A DNA stretch of 64,000 nucleotides from NCBI GenBank assembly GCA_031270825.1, contig JAISXH010000022.1, forward strand, positions 33,710 to 97,709, given 5' to 3'. Positions 32,185 through 41,161 of the stretch are shown here, in pieces (the stretch's first letter is position 1; every line of letters begins with the position of its first letter). The notes under the pieces were generated by a model. The model saw nothing but the letters and a program-made list of their open reading frames with translations, did no database searches and was not told the origin of the DNA. The DNA is from Bifidobacteriaceae bacterium. Its GTDB lineage: Bacteria > Actinomycetota > Actinomycetes > Actinomycetales > WQXJ01. The translations under genes were made by a program, and so were the position numbers.

Positions 32185-33853
32185 GAGTCCGCGTCCTCCC
32201 GCCCGGGAGGCGACGTGGACTATGCCGGCGGACGCGACCACGGAAAGACCGAGATCATTGAGAACCCCTGCCGGCAAGACCATCTCGAAGCCACTGGCGG
32301 CGATCGGCATCGCGGCGGGATTGGCGCTGCTGGCCGGGTGCGGCGCGAAGCCGGTGCTGGCCGCGAATTCGGACCGGTTGCAGGTGATCACCACGACCGG
32401 GATTCTGCGCGACCTGGTGGCGCATGTCGGCGGCGACCAGGTGGAGGTCGTCTCATTGGTGCCGGACAGCGGCGACCCGCACACCTACGAGCCGACGCTG
32501 CGGGATGCGCGCAACGTGGTCTACGCGGATGTCGCGTTCAGCAACTACGCGATGTTGGAGGAGCAGAGCGTGATCAAGACCCTGGACGCGAACCTGCGCG
32601 GCGACGCGGTTAGCGTGTCGCTGGCGGAAGAAGCGGTCAAGTACGCCGCCGAGATCATTCCCTTGGTGGAGAACGCGAACCTGGACACCGTCTGGCTGGG
32701 GTTGCGCGTCCAGGGCGACGGCGCCGCTTATGGCGCGAGCCGAACTTCCCAGGTGCTGATCTCGGCAACCGCCGCGACCGGACCCGGAGACGTTTACGCC
32801 TATTTGACCGGCTCGTTCGGCCAGACGGAGGTCTATTTCGACTCCTCGGACGGCTTCGACGCCGCCAACGGCTACCGCGATGACACCATGTCGTTGCCCG
32901 CGGACGCGCACACCCACTTGTCCTGGGCCTTCACGGAGCCCGGCGTCTACACCCTGACGCTGCGAGCGGAACTGCGCGTCGACGACGCTTCCCGCCCGGT
33001 CGGCATCGGACAGGCGACCTACACCTTCGCTGTCGGCGTCAACCCCGCGAAGGCCGCCGAGGAGGCGGGGATCGCCGATCCGGTGTTCCTCGACCAGGGC
33101 CACGCCGACCTGACCGCGAATCTCGACACCAGGACGCTGGAGGCGCGCTACGACCCGGCCGGCGGGGGCGAACACACCCAACAGGCCCACGCGGCCGGCC
33201 GGGTGGTCATCGACGTGCCGGCCAAGGCGCTGGCCGAGATCCCGGTGGGTTCGCAGTACACCTTCCTCGGTCATGCCGGCGACCAGGTGCACCAACTGGC
33301 GCAGGCGGTGCTCGGCAAGCACGTCCACGGCGAGATCGACCCGCATCTGTGGCAGGACGTGCGCAACGCGATGGCTTACGCGCAGTTGATCCGCGACACC
33401 CTGATCGGCGCGGACCCCTCTCACGCCCGCGACTACACGACCAACGCGAGCGTCTATCTGGCCGAGTTGGAGGCGACCGACGCATATGTGCGCGGCGTGA
33501 TCGAGCAGATCCCGGAGCGGGGCCGCTACCTGGTGACGACTCACGACGCCTTCGGCTACCTCGCCAACGCCTACGACCTGACCGTGGCCGGGTTCGTGAC
33601 CCCGAACCCCTCGGCCGAGCCATCGCTGGCCGACCGGCGCAAACTGACCGAGACGATCCGTTCTCTCGGCGTGCCGGCGGTGTTCTTGGAGCCGAACCTC
33701 GCCGCCCGCTCCTCGACGCTGACCGAGGTGGCGGCCGAGCAGGGCATCGAGGTGTGCGAGATCTACGGCGACACCTTCTCCGACACCGTCACCAGCTACA
33801 CGCAGATGATGCGGTTCAACGCCGACTCCCTGCGCGATTGCCTCACCAATTGA
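32183..33853 (+). CDS. Anchored-repeat-type metal ABC transporter substrate-binding lipoprotein (ZnuA/TroA-like with inserted repeat domain)
   Basis: Lipobox 'LALLAGCG'. TroA-like 'DPHTYEP', 'HGEIDPHLWQD' and 'LVTTHDAFGYLA'. The inserted segment 'DAHTHLSWAFTEPGVYTLTL' matches the repeat in 33881..34999. The true start may be the Met at 32222. Confidence 0.8.
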   Translation: MSPRPPAREATWTMPADATTERPRSLRTPAGKTISKPLAAIGIAAGLALLAGCGAKPVLAANSDRLQVITTTGILRDLVAHVGGDQVEVVSLVPDSGDPHTYEPTLRDARNVVYADVAFSNYAMLEEQSVIKTLDANLRGDAVSVSLAEEAVKYAAEIIPLVENANLDTVWLGLRVQGDGAAYGASRTSQVLISATAATGPGDVYAYLTGSFGQTEVYFDSSDGFDAANGYRDDTMSLPADAHTHLSWAFTEPGVYTLTLRAELRVDDASRPVGIGQATYTFAVGVNPAKAAEEAGIADPVFLDQGHADLTANLDTRTLEARYDPAGGGEHTQQAHAAGRVVIDVPAKALAEIPVGSQYTFLGHAGDQVHQLAQAVLGKHVHGEIDPHLWQDVRNAMAYAQLIRDTLIGADPSHARDYTTNASVYLAELEATDAYVRGVIEQIPERGRYLVTTHDAFGYLANAYDLTVAGFVTPNPSAEPSLADRRKLTETIRSLGVPAVFLEPNLAARSSTLTEVAAEQGIEVCEIYGDTFSDTVTSYTQMMRFNADSLRDCLTN

Positions 33854-33880
33854 CCCGACGCAGGACAGGAAGAACCACTG

Positions 33881-34999
33881 ATGACCACTCCACCGGCGCC
33901 CGCCGCCGTGACCAGACGGGGACGGCGGCGCGCCTGGGCAAGCCTTGCCGCCGCCCTCGCCGCCGCGCTTGCTGGCGCGCTCCCGCTGACCTGGCTGGCC
34001 GCCCCCGTCGCGGCGCTCGCCGCGGACGCCGACGACCCGAACCTGGACCAAAGCCTCGGCCAGCTCGCGATCACGTCCGGCCAGCGGGTCCTCGAGCACG
34101 GGCACATCGATCTGGGGCCGAAGTACCAGGACGATGGCGCCTGGCGGCTCCTCATCCACGACGACGTCGCCAAAGCCGACGCCAGCGCCGTCAGCGTGTG
34201 GCGCCACCCGGCCGAAACCGTCTTCCACGTCCTCGACCAGGCCAAACTGACCGTTCCCGAGGACGACGCCTACGCCTTCATAGGCGCCGAGCCGGGCAGC
34301 GACGTGTGGGTGGTGCCGCAGACGCAGAACCCCGACGTGGTCTGGATCGGTTGGAACACCCAGGACCCCGAAGTGATGGCCACGATCGACCGCGGCGTCA
34401 CCCTGTCCCTGACCGGGGTGCGGGGGCCGGGGATCATGACGACCTATCTGCAGTCCGGCAGCTTTGGCGAACCGCAACTGCTGTGGGACTCGAGAACTGC
34501 TGAAGCGCAGCCGATCTGGGTTGATGTCAACACCCACACCCATGCCAACTGGGTGTTCACCGAACCCGGCGTCTACCTGGTCGAGCTGGTCGCCGAAGCC
34601 GACCTGATCGATCGATCCCACGTCTCCGACACCCAGATGATCCGGTTCGCGGTCGGCTCCGCGACCTCCCCGGAAGCGGCGTTCGCGGCCGAGGGCGGCG
34701 CCGCCACGCCGTCGGCCGAACAGCCGTCCGCCGGGGGGCAGTCGACCGACGGAAAATCGGCCGTCGGTCAATCGGACGGGGTCGGCAGCGGCGCCGCAGG
34801 TCCTGTCACCGCTGGCCCGGAGCCGGCTGGCGTCCCCTGGACGCCTATCCTCATCGGCGCGATCACGCTGGTGGCCGCCGGGCTGATCGCCGCGGTCACG
34901 GTCGTCATCGTACGTGGCAACCGGGCCAAGCGGCGGGTCCTCGCCACCCGCCTGAACCACGCCGCCAGCCCCGAGGATCAGGGCGGAGACCGGCCATGA
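33881..34999 (+). CDS. ABC-transporter-associated surface repeat protein (actinobacterial 'anchored repeat'/choice-of-anchor domain), C-terminal TM anchor
   Basis: Signal peptide with 'RRGRRRAW', 'EHGHIDLGP', 'NTHTHANWVFTEPGVYLVEL', and C-terminal 'ILIGAITLVAAGLIAAVTVVIV' followed by RGNRAKRR. Confidence 0.7.
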   Translation: MTTPPAPAAVTRRGRRRAWASLAAALAAALAGALPLTWLAAPVAALAADADDPNLDQSLGQLAITSGQRVLEHGHIDLGPKYQDDGAWRLLIHDDVAKADASAVSVWRHPAETVFHVLDQAKLTVPEDDAYAFIGAEPGSDVWVVPQTQNPDVVWIGWNTQDPEVMATIDRGVTLSLTGVRGPGIMTTYLQSGSFGEPQLLWDSRTAEAQPIWVDVNTHTHANWVFTEPGVYLVELVAEADLIDRSHVSDTQMIRFAVGSATSPEAAFAAEGGAATPSAEQPSAGGQSTDGKSAVGQSDGVGSGAAGPVTAGPEPAGVPWTPILIGAITLVAAGLIAAVTVVIVRGNRAKRRVLATRLNHAASPEDQGGDRP

Positions 35000-35748
35000 C
35001 CAGCGCGCTCAAGGTCCGCAACCTCGCCGTCGACCTGGGCGGACGGCGAGTGCTGCACGATGTCGACCTGACCGTAGACAGCGGCGAGCTGGTCGCGCTG
35101 ATCGGGCCGAACGGCGCCGGCAAGACGACCTTGTTGCGCACCGTCCTTGGTCTGCAGCGGCCCGCCGCCGGGCGCGTCCTGGTCGAGGGGCGGGTCGCCA
35201 AACCCGGCCGGGCGGACATCGGCTACGTGCCGCAGCGCCATGACTTCGCCTGGGACTTCCCGATCTCGGTGGCAGGCGCGGTCGCCACCGGGCTTTCCGG
35301 CAAGCTCGGCCTGCTCCGCCGCCCGGCCGCCGCGCAGTGGGAGGCCGTCGTCGACGCCCTCGACCGGGTGCGCATGACCGGTTTCGCAGACCGCCCGGTT
35401 GGACAGCTCTCCGGCGGTGAGCGACAGCGCGTCCTGGTCGCCCGCGCCCTGGCGCTGCGGCCTGCGGTGCTGGCCCTGGACGAGCCGCTGACCGGCCTTG
35501 ACATGCCCACTCAGGAGCTGCTCGGCAACTTGTTCGCCGACCTCTCCCACGAAGGCCGAGCCGTCCTGATGACCACGCACGACCTGCTCGGCGCGATCGG
35601 CGGGGCTGATCGGATCGCGCTGCTGAACCGCACCATCGTGGACGCCGGCCCCCCGGCGCGACTGGTCGCCGATCCGGACCTGTGGACGGCGACCTTCGGC
35701 GTCAGCCGGGACTCGGCGCTGCTGCGCATGCTGAGGGCGGCGGCATGA
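34996..35748 (+). CDS. Metal ABC transporter ATP-binding protein
   Basis: Walker A 'GPNGAGKTT', signature 'LSGGERQR', Walker B 'VLALDEP'. ATGA overlap with the upstream gene. Confidence 0.9.
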   Translation: MTSALKVRNLAVDLGGRRVLHDVDLTVDSGELVALIGPNGAGKTTLLRTVLGLQRPAAGRVLVEGRVAKPGRADIGYVPQRHDFAWDFPISVAGAVATGLSGKLGLLRRPAAAQWEAVVDALDRVRMTGFADRPVGQLSGGERQRVLVARALALRPAVLALDEPLTGLDMPTQELLGNLFADLSHEGRAVLMTTHDLLGAIGGADRIALLNRTIVDAGPPARLVADPDLWTATFGVSRDSALLRMLRAAA

Positions 35749-36710
35749 GCCCGATCGACTTCTTCATCGACCTGGCCAACCCGGATCTGGCCTTCCTGCC
35801 CAAAGCCCTGGCGGTGGCGGTGATGTCCTCGATCATTTGCGGTGTGGTCGGATGTTACGTGGTGCTGCGTGGCTTGGCGTTCATCGGCGACGCCGTCGCC
35901 CACGCCGTCTTCCCGGGTCTGGCGGTGGCGTTCGTGGTCTCCGGCAACCTGGTGCTCGGCGGCGCCGTCGCTGGTGTCCTGACCGCGGTGCTGGTCGCCG
36001 TCTTCTCGCAAAACCGCCGGCTGAAAGAGGATTCGATCATCGGGATCCTCTTCGTCGCCGCCTTCGCGCTCGGTATTGTCGTCATCTCCCAGGCCCCCGG
36101 CTACGCCGGCTCCCTGCAGCAGTTCCTGTTCGGGTCCATCACCGGCATTCCCGACAGCGACCTCTACGTTGTCGGCGCGGCCGCCGCTGCCGTGCTCCTG
36201 GCGGCGTTCGGATTGCATCAGCAATTCGTCGCCGTCTCGCTTGATCGCGAGTCGGCCCGGGCTCTCGGGCTGCGCGTGTTCTGGCTCGACCTGGCCCTCT
36301 ACGTGCTGGTCACCCTGGCCGTCGTCATCAGCGTGCAGACCATCGGCAACGTTCTGGTCTTGGCGTTGTTGATCACCCCGGCCGCGACCGCGCGGCTGCT
36401 GACCGACCGGCTGGCCGTGATGATGCTGCTGGCCCCGATCGTGGGCGCCCTGTCCGCCCTTGTCGGGCTGTACATCTCCTGGTCCTGGGACCTGCCCACC
36501 GGCGGCACGATCGTCCTGGTCCTGACCGCCGTGTTCCTGATGTCGTGGTTGTTCTCGCCCCGTCAGGGGGTCCTGGCGCGCCTGATCGCCCGTCGGCGCG
36601 CCGTTCCCGTTTCCGTTTCCACCCGGCCGACTGCCGCGACGCCGGTGACGCGCACGATGCCGACCGCGACGTCGCCGTCCGACCTTGTGTTGGAGGACGC
36701 CCACCTCTGA
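35745..36710 (+). CDS. Metal ABC transporter permease (ZnuB/TroC-like)
   Basis: 'FIGDAVAHAVFPGLAVAF' and 8-9 hydrophobic helices. The ATG at 35745 overlaps the ATPase stop. Confidence 0.85.
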   Translation: MSPIDFFIDLANPDLAFLPKALAVAVMSSIICGVVGCYVVLRGLAFIGDAVAHAVFPGLAVAFVVSGNLVLGGAVAGVLTAVLVAVFSQNRRLKEDSIIGILFVAAFALGIVVISQAPGYAGSLQQFLFGSITGIPDSDLYVVGAAAAAVLLAAFGLHQQFVAVSLDRESARALGLRVFWLDLALYVLVTLAVVISVQTIGNVLVLALLITPAATARLLTDRLAVMMLLAPIVGALSALVGLYISWSWDLPTGGTIVLVLTAVFLMSWLFSPRQGVLARLIARRRAVPVSVSTRPTAATPVTRTMPTATSPSDLVLEDAHL

Positions 36711-36945
36711 CCGGTTCAGTCGCCCCCGGGCTCGCCATTGGGAGCGGGTCGTCGCGGCCTGGGTTCGGGGTCTCACCGAGCTCGGGCTTCTCGCCGGGCG
36801 ACCCACTGCGAACCAACCCGAATGGCATACTTGAGCGACAACAGGCCTGGTCGGGAGGTGCGATGAAGCTGTCAGAGGCGCCGGGTTCGGGCCGGGCCGC
36901 AAGCGTGGTGTTCACCATGCTCGCATCGACAAGAGCGGCTCCGCG

Positions 36946-38133
36946 ATGACGAAACCCGACGCCGACATCCCGCCCCGGCCCGGTTCGGAACGCCGCTGCC
37001 GGGTGGTGATCGCGCCCGATTCGCTCAAGGGAAGTCTGGGAGCGGTGGCCGCCAGCGCAGCGCTGCGTTGCGGGTGGTTGGCGGAGCGCCCGTTTGATGA
37101 TGTCATCTGCCTGCCTCAAGCCGACGGTGGCGAAGGCACGGCCGAAGTCCTGGCCAGTGTGTTCCCAGGGGCCAGCTGGCGCGAGGTTGGCCTGGTGGCG
37201 GGACCGGTCCAAGCGGCCGGCTGGTCTGACACGGACGCCTGGCCACCGGCTGTTGGCGCCGGTGTGCCCGGCCGCTACGTGGCCCTTCCTGACGGCACGG
37301 CGGTGGTCGATCTGGCCACCAGTTCGGGGATCGGCTTGGCGGCCCGGCTTGATCCGCTGGGCGCCCACACCTACGGCCTAGGCCAGGTCTTGCGCGCGGC
37401 TATCGAAGACGGCGCGCAGGGCTTGGTAATCGGATTGGGCGGTTCGGCTTCGACAGACGGCGGATCGGGCGCGCTGGCAGCACTGGGCGCGGGGGTCTGC
37501 GATCGCCGCGGCGCCAACCTGCCTTTGGGCGGAGGCGCCCTGAGGCAGTTGGGCCGGATCGACCGGGCCGGTCTTGTGCCGCCGCCGCCTGGAGGTGTCG
37601 ACCTGCTGGTGGACGTCAACTCGCCGTTGCTGGGGCCGAGGGGGGCGGCGGCCGTGTTCGGGCCCCAAAAGGGGGCTTCGCCGGGCCAGATCGCTCAGCT
37701 CGAGGCCGGATTGGAACGTTTGGCGCGAATGCTGGGCGGCCGGCCGGACCAAGCGGGCGCCGGCGCGGCCGGCGGCACCGGGTTTGGTCTGGCTGCCGCT
37801 TGGGGAGCGCGGATCATTCCCGGGGCTCGGCGGGTGGCCGAACTGACAGGATTGGCGCCAGCGGTCGCTTCGGCGGATGTGCTAATTCTGGCCGAGGGCC
37901 GGCTTGATGCCACGTCTCTGGTCGGCAAGGTGGTTGGCGAAGCGCTGGCGCTGGCCGGCCCGGCGGTCCGCCATGTGGTGGCCGGCCAGGTGGCGTTGCC
38001 TGGCGAGGCGTTGCCCGGTGTGGGCTTGACAGACCTCTGCCAGCTCGCTGGGTCGCGCGAAAGGGCGCTGGCGGCGCCGGCCGTCGTCTTGAAACAAGCC
38101 GCCGCCGCGATCGCCGCCGGTCTGTCCGTCTAG
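36946..38133 (+). CDS. glxK: Glycerate kinase
   Basis: 'VVIAPDSLKGSLGAVAASAAL', 'QADGGEGT', 'GLGGSASTDGGSGALAALG' and 'GEGRLD..S..GK' patterns. Confidence 0.85.
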   Translation: MTKPDADIPPRPGSERRCRVVIAPDSLKGSLGAVAASAALRCGWLAERPFDDVICLPQADGGEGTAEVLASVFPGASWREVGLVAGPVQAAGWSDTDAWPPAVGAGVPGRYVALPDGTAVVDLATSSGIGLAARLDPLGAHTYGLGQVLRAAIEDGAQGLVIGLGGSASTDGGSGALAALGAGVCDRRGANLPLGGGALRQLGRIDRAGLVPPPPGGVDLLVDVNSPLLGPRGAAAVFGPQKGASPGQIAQLEAGLERLARMLGGRPDQAGAGAAGGTGFGLAAAWGARIIPGARRVAELTGLAPAVASADVLILAEGRLDATSLVGKVVGEALALAGPAVRHVVAGQVALPGEALPGVGLTDLCQLAGSRERALAAPAVVLKQAAAAIAAGLSV

Positions 38134-38157
38134 GAGCGTGGTGAACAACCACGCTCC
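38133..38157 (+). terminator. Stem-loop at glycerate kinase stop
   Basis: GGAGCGTGGT-gaaca-ACCACGCTCC forms a 10-bp stem. No T-tract follows. Confidence 0.4.
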
Positions 38158-38212
38158 GACCGTGTTGACGCGGTCGGCGAAGCTGACCCAAGGAAATGTG
38201 ACCGAAGGAAAC

Positions 38213-38272
38213 GCGGCAAGCAAGCTCGGTTTCGGGCCTAGGAATCCGTTTGTTCACCGGATTCCGGGGCCG
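38213..38272 (+). repeat. 60-bp intergenic hairpin repeat, copy 2
   Basis: gcggcaagcaagctcggtttcgggcctaGGAATCCGtttgttcaCCGGATTCCggggccg. It is in the same orientation as copy 1, at 53/60 identity. Confidence 0.8.
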
Positions 38273-38315
38273 AGCATGGTGCTGGAAGCGGCGCGGGCGG
38301 CATCGGACACCGCTG

Positions 38316-39575
38316 CTAACTGGTGGCGACCGCTTCCGGGCTGTTCGGGGTCTTCCGTTTCCAGCCGAGCAGGGCGGCGGCCTGGCGGGCCATGGCCAGC
38401 GGTTCGCGCTGTTGGACCACCAGGACGGCTATGCCGGAGCGGGGCGTGGAGATGATGCGCGAGCGGATCGGCCCCAGGGTCTTGGCGTTGACGCCCCGGT
38501 CGATTTCGACGCCGAGACAGGCCAGACGGTCGCAGACGGCTTTGCGGATGCGCACGTCCTGTTCGCCCACCGTGCCGGTGAAGGAGATCGCTTGGGCGCC
38601 GCCCAGCACGCCGTGGAACGCGGAGATGTAGGAGACGATCCGGTGCACCAGGACCTCGACGGCCAGGGCGGCGCGCTCGTCGCCGTGATCGGCGGCGGTC
38701 CAAACTTGGCGCTGATCGGTCATGCCGGTCAGGCCGAGCAGGCCCGAGTCCTCGCGCAGGATGCGGTCGAACTCGACGATGTCCATGCCGGTGCGTTCGA
38801 TCACATAGCGGTGGATGCCGGGATCGATTGTGCCGCTGCGCGCCCGCGTGGGCAGGCCCTCGATCATGGTGAAGCCGGTCGACACGTCGATCGGCCGGCC
38901 GGCGTCCACCGCCGAGATAGATGAGCCGTTGCCCAGGTAGCAGACGATTTGGCGGAGGTCGTGACGGCCCAGCAGCAGTGAGGCGCGCTCGGAGACATAG
39001 CGGTGCGTCAAGCCGTGGAAGCCGTACCGGCGGATGCGCAGTCGTTCGGTCAACTCGGCCGGCAGCGCGTAGGCGGCGGCGGCGGCCGGCAGATCGGCGA
39101 AGAAGGATGTGTCGAAGACGGCGACGTGAGGGATGTCAGGAAGGAGGCGCTGAGCGGCCAAGATACCGATCAGCGCTTTCGGGTTGTGCTCCGGGGCGAG
39201 CGGGGACAGGTCCTTGATGGCCTCCAAGACCGCAGGGGTGATGACGGTCGGCGCGGCGAATAGGTCGGCGCCATGCACAACCCGGTGCGCCACGGCGGCG
39301 AGTTGGCCGACAGGCTGGCCGTATTCGTCGATTAGGCGCAGGATGGCGCCAAGGGCGCTGAGGTGGTCGGGGAGCCGCTGCTCCAGGAGATGCGTTTGGT
39401 CGTCCCGAGTCAGCGTGACTTCCCCCGGGGCCGTCTGCCCGATCCCGCTGGCCTTCCCGCGAACCAGCGGTTCCTTCTGGTCGACGTCGATCACGTAGTA
39501 CTTGATGGCGCCGAAGGCGGCGTTCACAACAAGAATCGGTTCAGACACATTCGCTCCCGGTCCATGGTCCAGCAC
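38316..39575 (-). CDS. Acetate/propionate kinase family protein with degenerate signature motifs
   Basis: 'RIRRYGFHGLTHRYVSERA', 'GNGSSISAVDAG' and 'GFTMIEGLPTRARSGTIDP' place it in the family. However, the N-terminal 'ILVVNAAFGAIKY' replaces the N-x-G-S-S-S-x-K loop, and 'IVCYLGNG' has Tyr where the second signature has His. The start is GTG (39575 or 39548). Confidence 0.7.
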   Translation of the reverse strand: MLDHGPGANVSEPILVVNAAFGAIKYYVIDVDQKEPLVRGKASGIGQTAPGEVTLTRDDQTHLLEQRLPDHLSALGAILRLIDEYGQPVGQLAAVAHRVVHGADLFAAPTVITPAVLEAIKDLSPLAPEHNPKALIGILAAQRLLPDIPHVAVFDTSFFADLPAAAAAYALPAELTERLRIRRYGFHGLTHRYVSERASLLLGRHDLRQIVCYLGNGSSISAVDAGRPIDVSTGFTMIEGLPTRARSGTIDPGIHRYVIERTGMDIVEFDRILREDSGLLGLTGMTDQRQVWTAADHGDERAALAVEVLVHRIVSYISAFHGVLGGAQAISFTGTVGEQDVRIRKAVCDRLACLGVEIDRGVNAKTLGPIRSRIISTPRSGIAVLVVQQREPLAMARQAAALLGWKRKTPNSPEAVATS

Positions 39576-39970
39576 CGGTCTGCGGCACCCGGCCGGGCCT
39601 CGTGCTGAGGGAGTTCCAGCGTAACAAACGGCGACCAGGATCGAGCGGCCTCTCTGGCCCGGTCAGGCGCTGCGGCGCCGGACGCGACACGAGCCGCCCG
39701 GGCCTGCCCCGACCAGGTTCACGATGCCGTCGGGACAGTTGCGCCACACAGTTCAGCGCCAGCGTGTTCGAGGTCGCCGTGGCGTCCGCTTTGGCGGTTG
39801 GCGATGCCCCCCGGGCCGCCGGGGGACTCAAACGCACCTGCGTCTTACCAGGAGAGACGGAGGTGGTTGGCCTTCGAGTTCACCGGCGGAACAGCGGCCC
39901 TCAAGGACCGCAATGTCCACCGGGCGGCATGGTCCTCCGGGTCCGCTTTGCGACGCATCGACCAGCAGCC

Positions 39971-40198
39971 TCATGCGGCCAGGAGCGGCAGCTCGCGTTC
40001 TCGCGCGGCGGCCGCCGCGAAGGCGAGGGCCGCGCGGATGTCATCCTCGACGAGGTACGGATAGTCCGCCATGATCTCGCCATGGCTCCGTCCCGCGGCT
40101 AGCTGCTCCAAGACGGCGCTGACGGTGACTCCGGTGTCGCCAATGCACGGCAAGCCGCCCATACGCCTCGGATCAGCCGAAATCCGCTCAAACGCCAT
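39971..40198 (-). CDS. DUF433-domain protein (antitoxin-like)
   Basis: 'ISADPRRMGGLPCIGDTGVTVSAVLEQLAAGRSHGEIMADYPYLVEDDIRAALAFA' follows the DUF433 pattern. 75 aa from the ATG at 40198. Confidence 0.7.
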   Translation of the reverse strand: MAFERISADPRRMGGLPCIGDTGVTVSAVLEQLAAGRSHGEIMADYPYLVEDDIRAALAFAAAAARERELPLLAA

Positions 40199-40344
40199 GA
40201 GGGAATCCGGCTGATCGCCTCGTCCAGTGCGTCCCTTCGCAATTGGCGGTCGACGGCCCTGGCCACGTAGGCGGAGAACCCGCGCGGTCCGACTCGCGCG
40301 CGCACCGCCGGAAGAGTCTCCGCCGGCATCGTCCAGCGTCTCAC

Positions 40345-40756
40345 TTGGGCCGGTCGGAAGGCAGGTTCCGGGGAGTTCCCGGGCTGTCAGGACCAGGTGG
40401 CTCGGGGGCGAGCCGGGGGTTGACTCAGTGTGCGTGGCGGGAGCGGGCGCGGTGCCGCCGCTGTCGGCCGCGTCGGGGACGATCACGCCGCCGCCGTCCC
40501 AATATCCCGTGCCGCGCACTTCGCCGAGACTTGCTTGGCCGGGTCGGCGGTGGCGGTCTGATGCCGCTTCGACTGCGAGGGACCAGCGGGGCCAGAACCT
40601 CGCGCCGCGCGTCGTCGAAGAGATCAGGATCAGCGTCCGGGTCATCGGGGCCGCCAGGACGTCGGCGTCGAGGAAGACCAGATGGCGCCCGGTCGGCGGC
40701 GGGATGCCCACGCCGCCCTCCGGGTGTCCGATGCCGTGGCCCGGGTCAGAAGTCAT
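40345..40756 (-). pseudogene. PIN-like domain gene, apparently frameshifted / lacking its own stop
   Basis: The ATG at 40756 overlaps the upstream HTH gene stop by 11 nt. 'HLVFLDADVLAAPMTRTLIL...WSLAVEAASDRH' resembles PIN-like toxins paired with excisionase-type HTH antitoxins. The frame runs on without a stop into the DUF433 gene. A plausible C-terminal continuation ('LPAVRARVGPRGFSAYVARAVD') is in another frame (40099..40344). Confidence 0.4.
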
Positions 40757-40949
40757 CGGCCAGCAGCGCCGCCAGGTCGTGGGTGATCTTCCGGCGGAAC
40801 CGCTCGACCTCGGCTTCGCCAACCCTGTGGCGGTTGCCGCGGCGGGTCGTCTTGACCGCTCCGGCCTGGATCGCGCGTTGGACGCTGGACCGCGACACCC
40901 CGACCAGGTGCCCTGCACCCCGGACCCACAACAACACATCGGCGGCCAC
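40746..40949 (-). CDS. Excisionase/MerR-superfamily helix-turn-helix DNA-binding protein (antitoxin-like)
   Basis: 'DVLLWVRGAGHLVGVSRSSVQRAIQAGAVKTTRRGNRHRVGEAEVERF'. Putative GTG start at 40949. This is the C-terminal part of a much longer GC-driven ORF. Confidence 0.55.
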   Translation of the reverse strand: MAADVLLWVRGAGHLVGVSRSSVQRAIQAGAVKTTRRGNRHRVGEAEVERFRRKITHDLAALLADDF

Positions 40950-41161
40950 GGCAGGCCATCCCCGGCGCTCGGCGCCGGGGGCCTGCCAGGAGATATGCTG
41001 CTCGCGAGCAATCGAACAGGCTGGTGCTTTTGGGTCCGCCCGGCCCGTTGGGCGGCATCGTCGAGCGGCTCCGCTCTGCGATGCGCCGGCCAACGCCGAC
41101 GGGATGATTGGCTGGGCCAAGCGACGCAGGTCGTGGCCGCCGGCCGGGCGCGCGACGCCGG

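Noticed and set aside
32453-34960. Very long antisense ORFs. Examples: 32453-34960 (835 aa), 35511-36902, 20890-22143, 25776-26939, 26677-27735, 40227-41444, 42680-43903 and 48635-49876.
   Set aside because: Each lies opposite or out of frame to a gene with clear family motifs. Their translations are Arg/Gly/Pro/Ala-rich low complexity with no motifs. Stop-free shadow frames of this kind are expected in roughly 70% GC DNA.
39576-39970. About 400 bp with no convincing ORF upstream of the acetate-kinase-like gene. Checked for SRP RNA or another structured RNA ('CCGGTCAGGCG...CCGGAC').
   Set aside because: It matches only a few scattered nucleotides of the SRP domain IV consensus, and I could not build a convincing fold by hand. 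Left unannotated.
40099-40344. An 81-aa ORF read as an independent ribbon-helix-helix antitoxin.
   Set aside because: It overlaps the DUF433 gene by 100 nt and could equally be the frameshifted C-terminus of the PIN-like gene. It is mentioned within the TA-locus finding rather than called as a CDS.
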